A DNA stretch of 64,000 nucleotides from assembly GCA_965222375.1 (NCBI GenBank), contig CBDCTZ010000014.1, positions 1,184,001-1,248,000 on the forward strand, given 5' to 3'. The DNA comes from Polyangiaceae bacterium. GTDB taxonomy: Bacteria; Myxococcota_A; Polyangia; Polyangiales; Polyangiaceae. The notes under the pieces were generated by a model, which saw only the letters and a program-made list of their open reading frames with translations, was not told the origin of the DNA and made no database searches. A program made the translations under genes and the position numbers. Below are positions 1 through 9,862 of this stretch, piece after piece. How positions within the stretch are numbered: the stretch's first letter is position 1; every line of letters begins with the position of its first letter.

Positions 1-513
1 CATCTTGCTTTCGGGGCAGTACTGCGTGGTCATCATCTCCACGGCTTTGTCCGCCTGATCCGCCGAAAGGTTCGTCTGTTGGGCGAAGTACTGGGTGACT
101 CCGGCGCGGCCCTTTCTGCAGCGCCCGGAAACCATGTCGCATTGGGCGCGCTGCACCACGAGGGTCGACTCATAGCGAGCGTCGAGAGTCCGTATCTTGG
201 CGAGGTCGGCCTGACAACCCTTGGCGTTGCGTTGCGCAATGTTGCCCGTCAGAGATTGCGTGAGCTGCGCCAATTCACCTGGCGTGACGGTGCCGGAATT
301 CGGCGTGGGGCCCGGCGGCGGCGGCAGCGTGGGTTGAGCGGTCGGCGCGACGTCGGTTGGTTGCCCCGGGCCTGTCGCTGCGTGCGGCGTATAGGCTGGA
401 GGTGGCGGCTGGGTTGGGCAGTTGGGGGGCGGGGGGCATTTGCAGGCGCAGCCGGCGGCCCAGATCAGGGTCCCGGCCGCGATGGTGGCGTTGAAGAGTC
501 CGTGACGGGTCAC
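1..513 (-). CDS. Hypothetical Cys-containing lipoprotein, truncated at window edge (absent from ORF track); paralogous to the C-terminal domain of 510..2015
   Basis: GTG at 513 overlaps the upstream stop (GTGA). Open for 171 codons to position 1: MTRHGLFNATIAAGTLIWAAGC..., a Pro-rich linker, then AKGCQADL...RAQCDMVSGRCRKG...QYCPESKM, matching GKGCLKEL...RAMCVMKSGKCDAG...SHCQGKM of the neighbour. Confidence 0.75.
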   Translation of the reverse strand, partial: MTRHGLFNATIAAGTLIWAAGCACKCPPPPNCPTQPPPPAYTPHAATGPGQPTDVAPTAQPTLPPPPGPTPNSGTVTPGELAQLTQSLTGNIAQRNAKGCQADLAKIRTLDARYESTLVVQRAQCDMVSGRCRKGRAGVTQYFAQQTNLSADQADKAVEMMTTQYCPESKM

Positions 514-2015
514 TTCTTCTTCATACACCTTCGGTTGGTGGCCTCGAAGGCGTTTCGCATGAGCTTCTCCCTCATCTCTGGCTTCGATTTCTCCATCAAC
601 TTGCGCAGTCTCGGTGGGTAGCCGTCCTTGTACAGTTGGAAGGCGGTCTTGCAGTCGCCTGCCTTTGCTGCGCACATCGACGCCATGACGTAGAGGTTGC
701 CAGGGATGTTGGCAACAACCGTGTCATCCGGACCCTTCGGCTTGACCTTGCCCATCAGCCGCTTGATCGTGGCGTAGTTCTTCTTGCATTCGGCAACGGT
801 CGACTTGCCCAGCATCAGGCGTTGGTTCGCCTGCATCATGGCGTCACGATCGCTCATCTTGCCTTGGCAATGGCTGGAAGCGAGCGCTCCCACGTGCGCG
901 TCGATTTGCTCCGGGGTGGATTGGGTTCCCTGCATCGTTTGGAGACCCTTGCGCGCCATGCTCTTGCCGGCGTCGCATTTGCCGGACTTCATGACGCACA
1001 TGGCGCGGAGGTAGTGGGGGTAGCCGGAGCCTGCCGCCGTGGACTTGTCCTTCGGATTGAGCCGGTCGTGGGCATTGAGCTCTTTGAGGCAGCCCTTGCC
1101 GTCGCCGGAGGCGAACTTCTTCCGCGCACTCGAAAAGTGCTCTCCCGCTTTGCCCTTGGCCTCGAACTTGGAGTCCACCTTTGCTGCCAAGTTGGCCGCC
1201 GCGTCCGTCTCCGGAGCCTTGCGGGCGGCAACATCGGGGTTTTCGCCCTTTTCGATCTTGCGGAGGGTGAGGCGGATGGGCGCCGTGCAGCCTTCGATCT
1301 CCGTGGCCGAATCCTTCTTGCACACGCCCAAATCGCCGCCCTTCTTGTCGGCACTCTGGGACTGCTTGTTCTTCGCTCCAGCTCCGAATCCGTACAGACT
1401 CGCATCGGCTTCGGCCGAGGTATTCGACTTGCTACCTAGGGCAAAGGCTCCGAGGTTGTAACCATAGACGAAGTGGGTTGCGCCACGGCAACCAGGGTTC
1501 TCCTTGATGTCGCCAGCGTAGACCGCTGGGCGGGTCGCGCTTCGGGTGCCGGCTACGTAGTACTCCATGCGAAACTGCTCGCCGCCGGAAACGCGCCCAC
1601 CGAGGGAGGCGACGCCGAGGGGCAGATTGGCGTAGAGCTCGGCCTCGCTCTTGATCTCCATCTTCTCGAGGGAACCGCTGGTCCACTCCACGGGCCGATA
1701 GGTGCCATAGCTTCCCCGTACCGAGTCGTCCTTGCAGCCGTCGAGCACCGTGAGCTTGCAGCCCTCGTACTTCACGACCACGACATCCGTGGCCGTGATG
1801 GACTCGAACTGGCTCATGTCCGTCGCGTCCCACTCGATGATGAAGGGTCGCTCGTGGTTCTCGGGGTTGCAGGCGTTCTTGCCCGCGAAGGTCTCGCCCA
1901 TGAGCTTGCTCTGCCCCGACTCGCGGGTGCCACCCATTCCAGGGGCCATGCGTGGCCCGCAGGCGGCGATGAAGACGGTGAGTAGTCCTAGGGATGTGAT
2001 GGTCTTTTGAATCAT
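510..2015 (-). CDS. Hypothetical myxobacterial lipoprotein with a Cys-rich helical C-terminal domain
   Basis: 501 aa ORF, lipobox FIAAC, GGAG-like RBS upstream. Confidence 0.8.
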   Translation of the reverse strand: MIQKTITSLGLLTVFIAACGPRMAPGMGGTRESGQSKLMGETFAGKNACNPENHERPFIIEWDATDMSQFESITATDVVVVKYEGCKLTVLDGCKDDSVRGSYGTYRPVEWTSGSLEKMEIKSEAELYANLPLGVASLGGRVSGGEQFRMEYYVAGTRSATRPAVYAGDIKENPGCRGATHFVYGYNLGAFALGSKSNTSAEADASLYGFGAGAKNKQSQSADKKGGDLGVCKKDSATEIEGCTAPIRLTLRKIEKGENPDVAARKAPETDAAANLAAKVDSKFEAKGKAGEHFSSARKKFASGDGKGCLKELNAHDRLNPKDKSTAAGSGYPHYLRAMCVMKSGKCDAGKSMARKGLQTMQGTQSTPEQIDAHVGALASSHCQGKMSDRDAMMQANQRLMLGKSTVAECKKNYATIKRLMGKVKPKGPDDTVVANIPGNLYVMASMCAAKAGDCKTAFQLYKDGYPPRLRKLMEKSKPEMREKLMRNAFEATNRRCMKKK

Positions 2016-2217
2016 GGAGTTCCTCGAAATTCGGCGTTGCTACGTCGCCTCTAGGGGAGGCTTCCCCGCCAACTACCTACCAGCAGCGCAGCGCAGCGTT
2101 TCACTGCCGGTCCGGTCGGGCAAGCAACCGATGCCATGGTCGTAAGTGTTGGGAAAGAAGGGCGTTTCGTGTGCTGCTCGCGCCCCGGAAGGCGCGTCCT
2201 GCTAGCCTGCGGGCGTC

Positions 2218-2757
2218 ATGGTTTCTATCAGTCGTCGCGCACTGCTCTCGGCAGCTATGGTCCTTTGGCTCGGCATGGGCGGCTGCATGTCACCGAAAAC
2301 GGCTTGGAACGAGAAGCTCGACCACGGTGATTTCGCCTTCGTGATGGGTGAGGGCAGCGGATGGCATGGCTTCGACGTGCTTCGCATCGCGGCCACGGGA
2401 GAGGCCCGCTACACGTTCGCCAAACTAGAGGGTAGCAGCACGGTGTGGCGCGCCGCCGAGTTCCGTGTCGACAAGGCGAAGATGGCCAAGCTGCGTGAGA
2501 CTCTAAACGAGCAAAAGTACTTCTCATTGCAGAGCGAGTATCGTGATCCTGGAGTGCAAGACGGGACGCAGTGGTTCGTGAAGGTTCGTATCGGTGACCG
2601 GAAGAAGGGTGTCTACTGCGACAACCAGTTCCCGCCGGAAATCGTTCGCATTAGCGAGTTCGTCCATCGCGAGATCATCGATCCGCGTCAGCGCGAGTTT
2701 GCCAGCGCGCCAGAGATCGATCGGGAAGACGCCAAAGAACCCACACACTTCGAGTGA
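2218..2757 (+). CDS. Hypothetical lipoprotein
   Basis: 179 aa, signal peptide ending MGGC, protein-like composition. Confidence 0.65.
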   Translation: MVSISRRALLSAAMVLWLGMGGCMSPKTAWNEKLDHGDFAFVMGEGSGWHGFDVLRIAATGEARYTFAKLEGSSTVWRAAEFRVDKAKMAKLRETLNEQKYFSLQSEYRDPGVQDGTQWFVKVRIGDRKKGVYCDNQFPPEIVRISEFVHREIIDPRQREFASAPEIDREDAKEPTHFE

Positions 2758-2762
2758 ACGAA

Positions 2763-3695
2763 CTAGAACTCGGTGCTTCGGGCGATCTTGATCGTGCCCT
2801 TGCCCTTCACGTCGAGCAGACCCTTCTTGGTTCTTACTTTGCCGCTGGGCTTGATCGGCCCCTCTAGAGCTAGGGAGCTGACCCAACCCGTGGCGACGTC
2901 GATGACCGCGGGCCCCTTGAGTTTGAAGCCGAACACGGTCTTGCCGCTCACGATCTCCGAGCTGACCTCGGCGGAAAATGTCGCCTGCTTGCGCCCAGCG
3001 TCCTTGGTGCCCACGTAACTCAGCACGACTTCGGTTTTGTCGATGTTCAGACCGGGCACTTCACCGAGCAGCGCCAGGGCCTGCCGCGTGTTCAAGGTCG
3101 TCTTGGTGCCACTTTCGGGCTTGTTCGCGACGACCGCGAGCAGAAGGCTTGGAGCCCCGACGTAGCCGAATTCGCTCAGCACGGCGTCCCGCTGCTCGGC
3201 GTTGACTTGGCCACCGTCCAAATCCGTGACCGCAGCGCCGCCAGCGCCAGCCTTGACCAAGTACTTGTTGCCCGCGGTGACCGGCTTCTTCTCGATGCCG
3301 AGTAGTGGTTGAGCGATGCGCTTGCCGTACACGACGGAAAGCAACGTGATGGCGTTGTCGCCGACTTCGCGCACCTGCATCGAGCGTTGCTCGTCTACGG
3401 TCCAGGTGCCGCTCTGCATCCCCGCCGGGCTCTCGCCACGGTGCAGAGTCATCTGAAAGTCCATCTTGATATTGCGACTCTCGGATGCGACCGTGCCTTT
3501 CTTGGGGGGCTTGACGTCCAGGCTTGCAGTGCTCGGCGCGGGCGCACTCTCTCCGGGTGCGTCCGCGCCTGGCGCTGCTTCAGCGGAGCCGCTGCTGCCG
3601 CTTGGATCTGCCTGCTCCGAGGACTGAGCCGGCGCCCCGCCACCAGCACCACAACCCAGGACAAACAGCGCAGACAGGACCAAACAGCGCATCAT
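2763..3695 (-). CDS. Hypothetical lipoprotein (beta-rich)
   Basis: Lipobox VLGC, Ala/Ser/Pro linker, beta-rich C-terminus; 12 bp downstream of the SDR gene. Confidence 0.7.
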   Translation of the reverse strand: MMRCLVLSALFVLGCGAGGGAPAQSSEQADPSGSSGSAEAAPGADAPGESAPAPSTASLDVKPPKKGTVASESRNIKMDFQMTLHRGESPAGMQSGTWTVDEQRSMQVREVGDNAITLLSVVYGKRIAQPLLGIEKKPVTAGNKYLVKAGAGGAAVTDLDGGQVNAEQRDAVLSEFGYVGAPSLLLAVVANKPESGTKTTLNTRQALALLGEVPGLNIDKTEVVLSYVGTKDAGRKQATFSAEVSSEIVSGKTVFGFKLKGPAVIDVATGWVSSLALEGPIKPSGKVRTKKGLLDVKGKGTIKIARSTEF

Positions 3696-3707
3696 CGTGC
3701 TCCCGGC

Positions 3708-4613
3708 TCAGCTCGTGGCTTGTTTGAAGGGCCCGGCCGCGGCTTCCATGGCGTTGCTGTAGGCCTTGGCCTTGCTCATGTCGTTGATGGCGCCCCATTG
3801 CTCGACAATGGCTTCGACGGAGATCTTGTCGACGGGAATTCCGATGCCTGCACCTTCCATGACGGCGATCCGGGAGAAGTAGCCGCCGCCTGCCGAGTAG
3901 ACTTGGCCGGTTTCTTCACACTGCTCGGATGCCAAATACGCGGCCAAGGGTGTCACGTACTCTGGCAGCAGATTCTTGAGGATATCCGGCGGCGTGATGG
4001 CCTCGGTCATCCGGCTCTTGGCGATGGGAGCGATGCAGTTGCAGCGGATGTTGTACTTGCCGCCTTCTTGAGCCAGGGCCTTGGTCAGCCCAACGATGCC
4101 CATCTTTGCGGCGCTGTAGTTGGTCTGGCCGAAGTTGCCATACAGGCCCGCAACGCTTGTCGTGTTGATCACGCGGCCGTAGGCACCCTCGCGCAGCAGC
4201 GGCCACGCTGCCTTGGAAACGAACATGGTTCCAAACAGGTGTACCTGCAGCACCTTGTTCCAATCTTCTTCCGTCAGCTTCATGAAGGACACGTCGCGCA
4301 GAATGCCCGCGTTGTTGATGACGATGTCCAACTTGCCGAAGGATTCTTTGGCAGTCGCCACAATCTTGGCGGCGCTCTCCCAACTATCCACGCTGTCGTA
4401 GTTGGCGACGGCTTCTCCGCCAGCGGTCTTGATCTCCTCAACGACCTTGTCGGCGGCCGAGGTGCCTGCGCCCGTACCGTCCATGGTTCCGCCGAGATCG
4501 TTCACGACGACCTTGGCGCCGCGCTTGGCCAGAAGCAGCGCGTGGCTGCGGCCCAAACCACCGCCGGCGCCGGTAACGATTGCAACTCGGTTGTCGTAGC
4601 GAACCTCGGACAT
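3708..4613 (-). CDS. SDR-family oxidoreductase (MFE-2-type 3-hydroxyacyl-CoA dehydrogenase-like)
   Basis: TGAGGGLG, NNAGILRD and YSAAK motifs, GNFGQTNY; AGGAGG RBS before ATG 4613. Confidence 0.92.
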   Translation of the reverse strand: MSEVRYDNRVAIVTGAGGGLGRSHALLLAKRGAKVVVNDLGGTMDGTGAGTSAADKVVEEIKTAGGEAVANYDSVDSWESAAKIVATAKESFGKLDIVINNAGILRDVSFMKLTEEDWNKVLQVHLFGTMFVSKAAWPLLREGAYGRVINTTSVAGLYGNFGQTNYSAAKMGIVGLTKALAQEGGKYNIRCNCIAPIAKSRMTEAITPPDILKNLLPEYVTPLAAYLASEQCEETGQVYSAGGGYFSRIAVMEGAGIGIPVDKISVEAIVEQWGAINDMSKAKAYSNAMEAAAGPFKQATS

Positions 4614-4891
4614 GATCTGCCTCCTGAGCAAAAATATGTAAGTCGACCCGGGGCTCCGGGTCCGCGCGGACGGTGTGCTCGCGCGCGGTCGAGCCGGCGA
4701 AACCTAGACGTGACGCGCGCGTGGCTCAAGCGACAAAGCTGAGTGCTCCCTGGCCCAAAAGCCCGCGCCAAAACCGAGGTTTGTCCGCTGCCGCGCCGCG
4801 AAAGCCGGGCGCAATGGAAGTTCCGGTCGGGGCGTGACACCCTCCGCCGGTGACTCAGCCGCCGCCCTCCAAACGTTGGACCGCGCCGCGC

Positions 4892-5893
4892 ATGGCGGCT
4901 GTCGACTTCGATCTGCTTTCGTCGGCACGTCGGGTCGTGGAAGGCGCGCTCTCGGTGGTGCCTGGCGAGCGGGTCGTCGTGCTTTGTGACTTGGAGCGCA
5001 AACAACTTGCGGAGGCGGTCAAGGAAGCGGCGATTTGGGTCAAGGCGACTGCTCAAGTGATCGACCTGGATGAACACGGGGCCAGGCCGCTCTCGGAATT
5101 GCCACCGGTGGCCCAGGAGGCGATGGCAAATGCCGAGGCCAGCGTGTTCATCGCTCGCAGTGGCAGCGATGAGGTCGCGCTGCGCAGGCATGTGGTCGAG
5201 CTAGCCAAGCGCAACGGAATGCGTCACGCGCACATGCTTGGTCTCACCGCACGCACCATGGTCGCTGGGCTCGCCGTGGACCCGCGACGAATCGCGGACA
5301 CCGCGCGGCAGTTGCGCGCGAGATTGCGCCCGGACTCGGAAGTGCAGCTCAGGAGCGATGCAGGATCGGACTTGACGGTGCGCCTGGACCCGCGCTTCAA
5401 GTGGGTGGAAAACAGCGGCATCATCCGCCCCGGGCGTTGGCTCAACCTGCCCGCCGGCGAGCTGCTGACGAGTCCCGCGTCCGTGGAGGGAACCTTCGTC
5501 GTGAACGCCTCGATCACTGGGATCCCGGGCCTCGACGGCCGGCTGCTGGACGCAACGCCCCTGAAGCTGAAGTTCGATGGCCGCCGAGTGAGTCGGGTCG
5601 AGTGCAAGGATACGTCTGCGGCCCAGTCCGTGGACGAGTACCTGCGCAGCGGCGCCAACTACGACCGAGTTGGGCTGATCAGTTTCGGGACCAACATTGG
5701 ATTGAGCGAGCCCAGTGGCACCCTGATCGTGGATCAAACGCTACCCGGCCTGCACTTGGCGCTGGGAATGACCCTGCCAGAACTCACCGGAGCGGATTGG
5801 GATTCCGCCGGGCAGCTGGTTCTCACCGCGTGTCGCGCTGATCTGGACATCGATGGTCGGGCTGTGATGCGGGCTGGTCGCTACCTAGCCTGA
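4892..5893 (+). CDS. Aminopeptidase, M29/thermophilic metalloprotease-like
   Basis: NLPAGE motif, GTN..., LHLALG; typical 'PGERVVV' N-terminus; some metal ligands look diverged. Confidence 0.7.
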   Translation: MAAVDFDLLSSARRVVEGALSVVPGERVVVLCDLERKQLAEAVKEAAIWVKATAQVIDLDEHGARPLSELPPVAQEAMANAEASVFIARSGSDEVALRRHVVELAKRNGMRHAHMLGLTARTMVAGLAVDPRRIADTARQLRARLRPDSEVQLRSDAGSDLTVRLDPRFKWVENSGIIRPGRWLNLPAGELLTSPASVEGTFVVNASITGIPGLDGRLLDATPLKLKFDGRRVSRVECKDTSAAQSVDEYLRSGANYDRVGLISFGTNIGLSEPSGTLIVDQTLPGLHLALGMTLPELTGADWDSAGQLVLTACRADLDIDGRAVMRAGRYLA

Positions 5894-6176
5894 TTGCCGC
5901 CGGGCTTGAGCTCAAGGTCTGCGGGAAAAGGCCAATCTCACGTCGTGCTGGTTATTCGCACGGCCCGCGCGCCGCGCCGGTTCTGGACGGGCTGCCGCGG
6001 CGGCAGCGACTCCGGCGCAGGTGGAACGGATTCCGGTGCGGGGGGGTGACGCGCCTGGGGATGCCCCAAGGGGCGATACCCGAAGGGGTGCATCCCTGGG
6101 GCGGCGCTGCCGCACTACTCCTGCGCGTCGGGCAGGCGGTGGCGCGGGCGGAGCCTAGGTTAGGGGCTCCCTTCAC

Positions 6177-6629
6177 TCAGGCGCCGCCTTCTCCTTCCGG
6201 AGTGTCCCCGCCGGCGTCGTCCTTCTTGCCCTTCTTCTTACCTTTGGCTTCGGCCTTGTCATTTGGCGCGTCGCCGACGTTGAGTTCGACCTCACCGAAC
6301 ATCACCTGCATCTTGCCTTCGCTCTGCAGTTTGACCTCGAGGGTCTTGGCGCGAATTACGGTGTTGTCTTTGATCGAGCCCGAAAGGCTCACGGTGTCCG
6401 CATCGAATTCGCCCGCCAGCTCCCCTTCGCTGCGTAGCTCACCGACTTGGACCTTGCCGTGAACGGCACCGCTCGGGCTCACCGACAAGGCAGGCGTGTC
6501 GAGTTCGCCATCGACGCGACCCCGAACCATGATCGGGCAGCTCGAAGAGAGGGTGCCCTTGAGATTGGTGCCCTCCTCGATGAGGGTTTGCTTGTTGGTT
6601 CCTGCGTTCCCGCCAAATGAATTGGTCAT
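6177..6629 (-). CDS. Bactofilin (polymer-forming cytoskeletal protein)
   Basis: TLIEEGTNLKGTL...VRGRVDGEL...SGAVHGKV beta-helix pattern. Confidence 0.85.
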   Translation of the reverse strand: MTNSFGGNAGTNKQTLIEEGTNLKGTLSSSCPIMVRGRVDGELDTPALSVSPSGAVHGKVQVGELRSEGELAGEFDADTVSLSGSIKDNTVIRAKTLEVKLQSEGKMQVMFGEVELNVGDAPNDKAEAKGKKKGKKDDAGGDTPEGEGGA

Positions 6630-6657
6630 AATTGCAATCTCACCCTTCTTCTCTGCT

Positions 6658-7884
6658 TTATCTGCCGCGCGCGCGCAGGATCTTCATTCGCAACGAGCAG
6701 CCTGGAGCGAAGGCGAACTGCGTCCGCTCCTCCGCCTGCTCGACGGCGCCAACGACGGCGCCTTGTTCACTGACAACCAGGAGCCTGGGGCCAATGATGC
6801 CTGGGCTCTGACGTTCGAAAAAACGACCGTGGATCGTGATGTTGCCCAGGCCGGTGATGGTGCACTCGCTGAGCACTCCGGCTTCTCCGATGACCAGATT
6901 CGTGCCCTCGCTCAGCGCGATCTTGCATTTTTCGAAGCGGCTATCGATCTCGACGTCCGACCCCGCTCCGAACTCGAGGGAAGCGTCACGAAGCACGTCG
7001 CCCTCCCCGAAGTAGCGGGTCGTGCTCGGGATCGCTGCGCTCTTGCCGGCGAGGAATGCGGCAATGTCGTCCCCCGTCACCCGCTTGGTACCCGTGCCCT
7101 CGGGACTGCTGTCGATCCAGCCGGCGGTCATGCCGTCGAACTTCCCCGTCCTGGTCTGGGCACTGAACAGTTTTGCTCCGGTCAGGTCGGCGCCGGAGAG
7201 CTTGGTGTCCGAGAAGTTGGCGTGGCGACCGTCGATGTCTTTGAGGTTGCAGCCTTCGAAGGACGCCGAGCGCAGATTGCTGCGGAGAAGCGAGGCGCTT
7301 TCGAAGTTGGCGCCAGGGGCCTTGGCTTCGGCCAGCTCCGCGTCGCTCAGCGTGGCCTGGCTGAAGTTGGCTTCCTCCAGGTTAGCGGAGCTGAGGTCTG
7401 CGTTGCTCAGATCGGCTCCGCTCAGGTTGGCGCCACCCAAATAGGCCTCGACCATCTCCGCGTGGGCCAGCACCGCCCGTTCCAGTACGGCCTTCCCCAT
7501 CTCTGCGGAGTCGAGCTGAGTGTTGGTCAAGTTGGCTGTGGCCAGTACGGTTTCGGTCAGCTTGGCTCCCTCGAGGGTCGCGCGGTTCAAGTTGGCGCTC
7601 GTCAGGTTCGCCTTGGAGAGATTCGCTCCTTCCAGATCGGCTTTCTCGAGGTTGGCACCCGTCAGCGTTGCTCCTGCCAGGAAGGCCTCCCGCAGACTGG
7701 CGTTCTTGAACTTCGCGTTGTCGAGCTGGGAGCCTTCGAAGTTGACGCCGTCGAGGTCTGCGCGGCTGAAATCCACGCCGGTGAGATTGGCCTTCGATAG
7801 GTCCAAACCGTTCAGCTCTTCCCGGGCGAGGCTCTGGCCCTTTTGGGCCCGCGCCAGCACTTCCTCCCGTGTCAATTCCGCCAT
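6658..7884 (-). CDS. Pentapeptide-repeat protein with a C-terminal bactofilin-like beta-helix
   Basis: About 230 aa of A(N/D)LxG/A(N/D)Fx pentapeptide repeats, then EIDSRFEKCKI...LVIGEAGVL...ITIHGRF...GAVVGAV. Confidence 0.8.
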   Translation of the reverse strand: MAELTREEVLARAQKGQSLAREELNGLDLSKANLTGVDFSRADLDGVNFEGSQLDNAKFKNASLREAFLAGATLTGANLEKADLEGANLSKANLTSANLNRATLEGAKLTETVLATANLTNTQLDSAEMGKAVLERAVLAHAEMVEAYLGGANLSGADLSNADLSSANLEEANFSQATLSDAELAEAKAPGANFESASLLRSNLRSASFEGCNLKDIDGRHANFSDTKLSGADLTGAKLFSAQTRTGKFDGMTAGWIDSSPEGTGTKRVTGDDIAAFLAGKSAAIPSTTRYFGEGDVLRDASLEFGAGSDVEIDSRFEKCKIALSEGTNLVIGEAGVLSECTITGLGNITIHGRFFERQSPGIIGPRLLVVSEQGAVVGAVEQAEERTQFAFAPGCSLRMKILRARGR

Positions 7885-7903
7885 TCTTGCTCCACTTCGC
7901 TTG

Positions 7904-9310
7904 TCACGACTTCTGCGCCTTCTGTGCTGCCTCGAGGTACTGATAGATTGCGATCACCTTCCGCTCGAAGGGCAGGCGCTCGAGCTCGTTGACCAAGTCC
8001 ACCGCGCCGAGCCGCGCCAAGACCAGGTTCACTCGCAACAGGGTGTCGGTTCGACGCTTGCGCGCTTGTCGGCGATCTTTGGCCGCGTCCGCCGACCAGC
8101 CTTTCTGGCCGCGCTCGTAGGCCTCATTCGCTGCCTGGAGCTCGCGGCTGAGACTGGCGAGTTCATCCAGCTCCGTGGGCCGTTTGGCGTCCGGGGGCAC
8201 AGAGTCGTGTTTGGTTTGGTACGACGCGAAACGCTGACAGATGTCCTCGCAAAGCAGAAGATTCAGTCCCGTTGTCTCAGCGATCTCTTGGGGCCGCGCC
8301 TGCAGGAAGATCTTCAGGCTGTTGAGCCCAGCCGCGTAAATCTTGTCGAGGGCCACTTCGCGTACTCCCGGCACCTGCCGCAACAAGGATTGCACGATGA
8401 TGGGCTCACGACGGTCACGTTCGACCCCGGCTTCGTAAACATCCGGCAGTTCTTTGGCGAGGGCGTTATAAGCGTCGACGATTTCGGTCTTCCGGTCGGA
8501 CTCGATCTTATTGCCGTCCGCGCTTTGGGCAGCTTGCAGCACGTCGTTCAGGCGGTCCAAAGGTGCGATGATGGTGGTCACGCCCATGTTGTCGGCCGAC
8601 TTCTTGAGGGTCGCGACGGCCGGCAAACACACGCTGAGCCATTCCTTGGTCGGATCGCCCATGTCGATTTCAACCATGAAGTCACGCACGGGACCGAGCT
8701 GGGTCACCGCGATCTCCTTGAATAGCTTTTCGACTGCCGCGACATCGGCGCTCGTTGGCTCGCTGTGCGTCTGCGTCTGCGGCTCGGCGCCGACGTCGGA
8801 CAGGATCGCATCGAAGCCTTGCTCCAGATCGGCCCACTCCATTTCGAGATCGGCTTTGCTGGGTACGTCGTTTGGCTCGGCAGCAGGCTGGCCGAAGGCG
8901 GGAGCTTTGGGACGTTGAGACGCAGGGGGCCGCCCACTCTTTCGCGCGGAGGGAGGCGGCGGTGGTTGGCTCTTGGCTGCGTGTTTGGGAATTGTTCCGG
9001 GAGCGAAAGCACTCGGCTCCGTGGCGGTCGCAGCCGACCCGGTCACACTCGCGAGGGCTTCGGACATGGAAGTCGGCGGCGGCTCGTCCTTGGTTTGCGC
9101 GACGGACCTGACCTGCGCGGTTCCGCCTCGTCCTTTCGCGGAGCTCTTTGCCGACCGGTTGGATTTCGGCGCGATCTGTTTGGAGTAGCTACCCGGGCCG
9201 GCGCTCACGAGTGGGCCACCGCACTCCACGCAGAATCTTGCGTCGTGCAATACAGTTGCACCGCAGGTCGGGCAGAGTTTCGTCTGAGTGGTGCTCACCG
9301 GGCACTCCAT
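7904..9310 (-). CDS. Zinc-ribbon + Pro-rich linker + Hpt-like helical + helix-hairpin-helix protein
   Basis: CPTCG...FCVECG; VATLKKSADNMG; LRQVPGVREVALDKIYAAG. Confidence 0.7.
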   Translation of the reverse strand: MECPVSTTQTKLCPTCGATVLHDARFCVECGGPLVSAGPGSYSKQIAPKSNRSAKSSAKGRGGTAQVRSVAQTKDEPPPTSMSEALASVTGSAATATEPSAFAPGTIPKHAAKSQPPPPPSARKSGRPPASQRPKAPAFGQPAAEPNDVPSKADLEMEWADLEQGFDAILSDVGAEPQTQTHSEPTSADVAAVEKLFKEIAVTQLGPVRDFMVEIDMGDPTKEWLSVCLPAVATLKKSADNMGVTTIIAPLDRLNDVLQAAQSADGNKIESDRKTEIVDAYNALAKELPDVYEAGVERDRREPIIVQSLLRQVPGVREVALDKIYAAGLNSLKIFLQARPQEIAETTGLNLLLCEDICQRFASYQTKHDSVPPDAKRPTELDELASLSRELQAANEAYERGQKGWSADAAKDRRQARKRRTDTLLRVNLVLARLGAVDLVNELERLPFERKVIAIYQYLEAAQKAQKS

Positions 9311-9862
9311 GTCCGCCTCGAGACGAGGCGGTGCAGGGCCTTGTCAGACTAACGCAGAGATCGGCGATTTTCAGAAGCCTTTTGCGGGGATGGCGCACTG
9401 GAGCAGAAGCACGAGGGCTGCTTGACCGAGAGTTCACGCCAGATCCGAGGTTGCGACGCGCCGCGCCAGAACTCCAGAAGGTGTCCCAGGACGTGCGGAT
9501 CTCGGACTTGACTTTGCGGCGCGGGCCGGTCCTTTGCGGGCGACGCGGCGGTCGCTCAATGGGCGCGTGCGCCGCCGGGCCTCGGTGGCGGCCTCGATTC
9601 TGAGCCCCGGGGCCGCCTCGGCCCCGGGACAAGCCACGAGATTAGGGATGAAAGGAGCCCCGCGCTCGACCCCCAAAAACCAAGCAGGGCCCTTCATGGT
9701 AAAGCCCTTGAAGATTGGCGCTCGACCGCGGCGTGCGTTTGCTGCGCGTTGCCCCGGGCGCAGAAAATGCGGCAGCTTGGCGACGCCGAGACGGGATGCC
9801 CTCAAGGCTCTCGTGCCGCAGGAGACGTGGCATCGCGCCGGGTTCGTGGCACATTCTCGGGC

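Noticed and set aside
5894..6176. GC-rich hairpin-forming intergenic sequence as a possible ncRNA
   Set aside because: Stems are expected at this GC content and no known RNA motif was recognised
6496..8725. Long + strand ORFs (434 and 401 aa) and many similar antisense ORFs across the window
   Set aside because: Shadow frames of clear opposite-strand genes in high-GC DNA; no motifs
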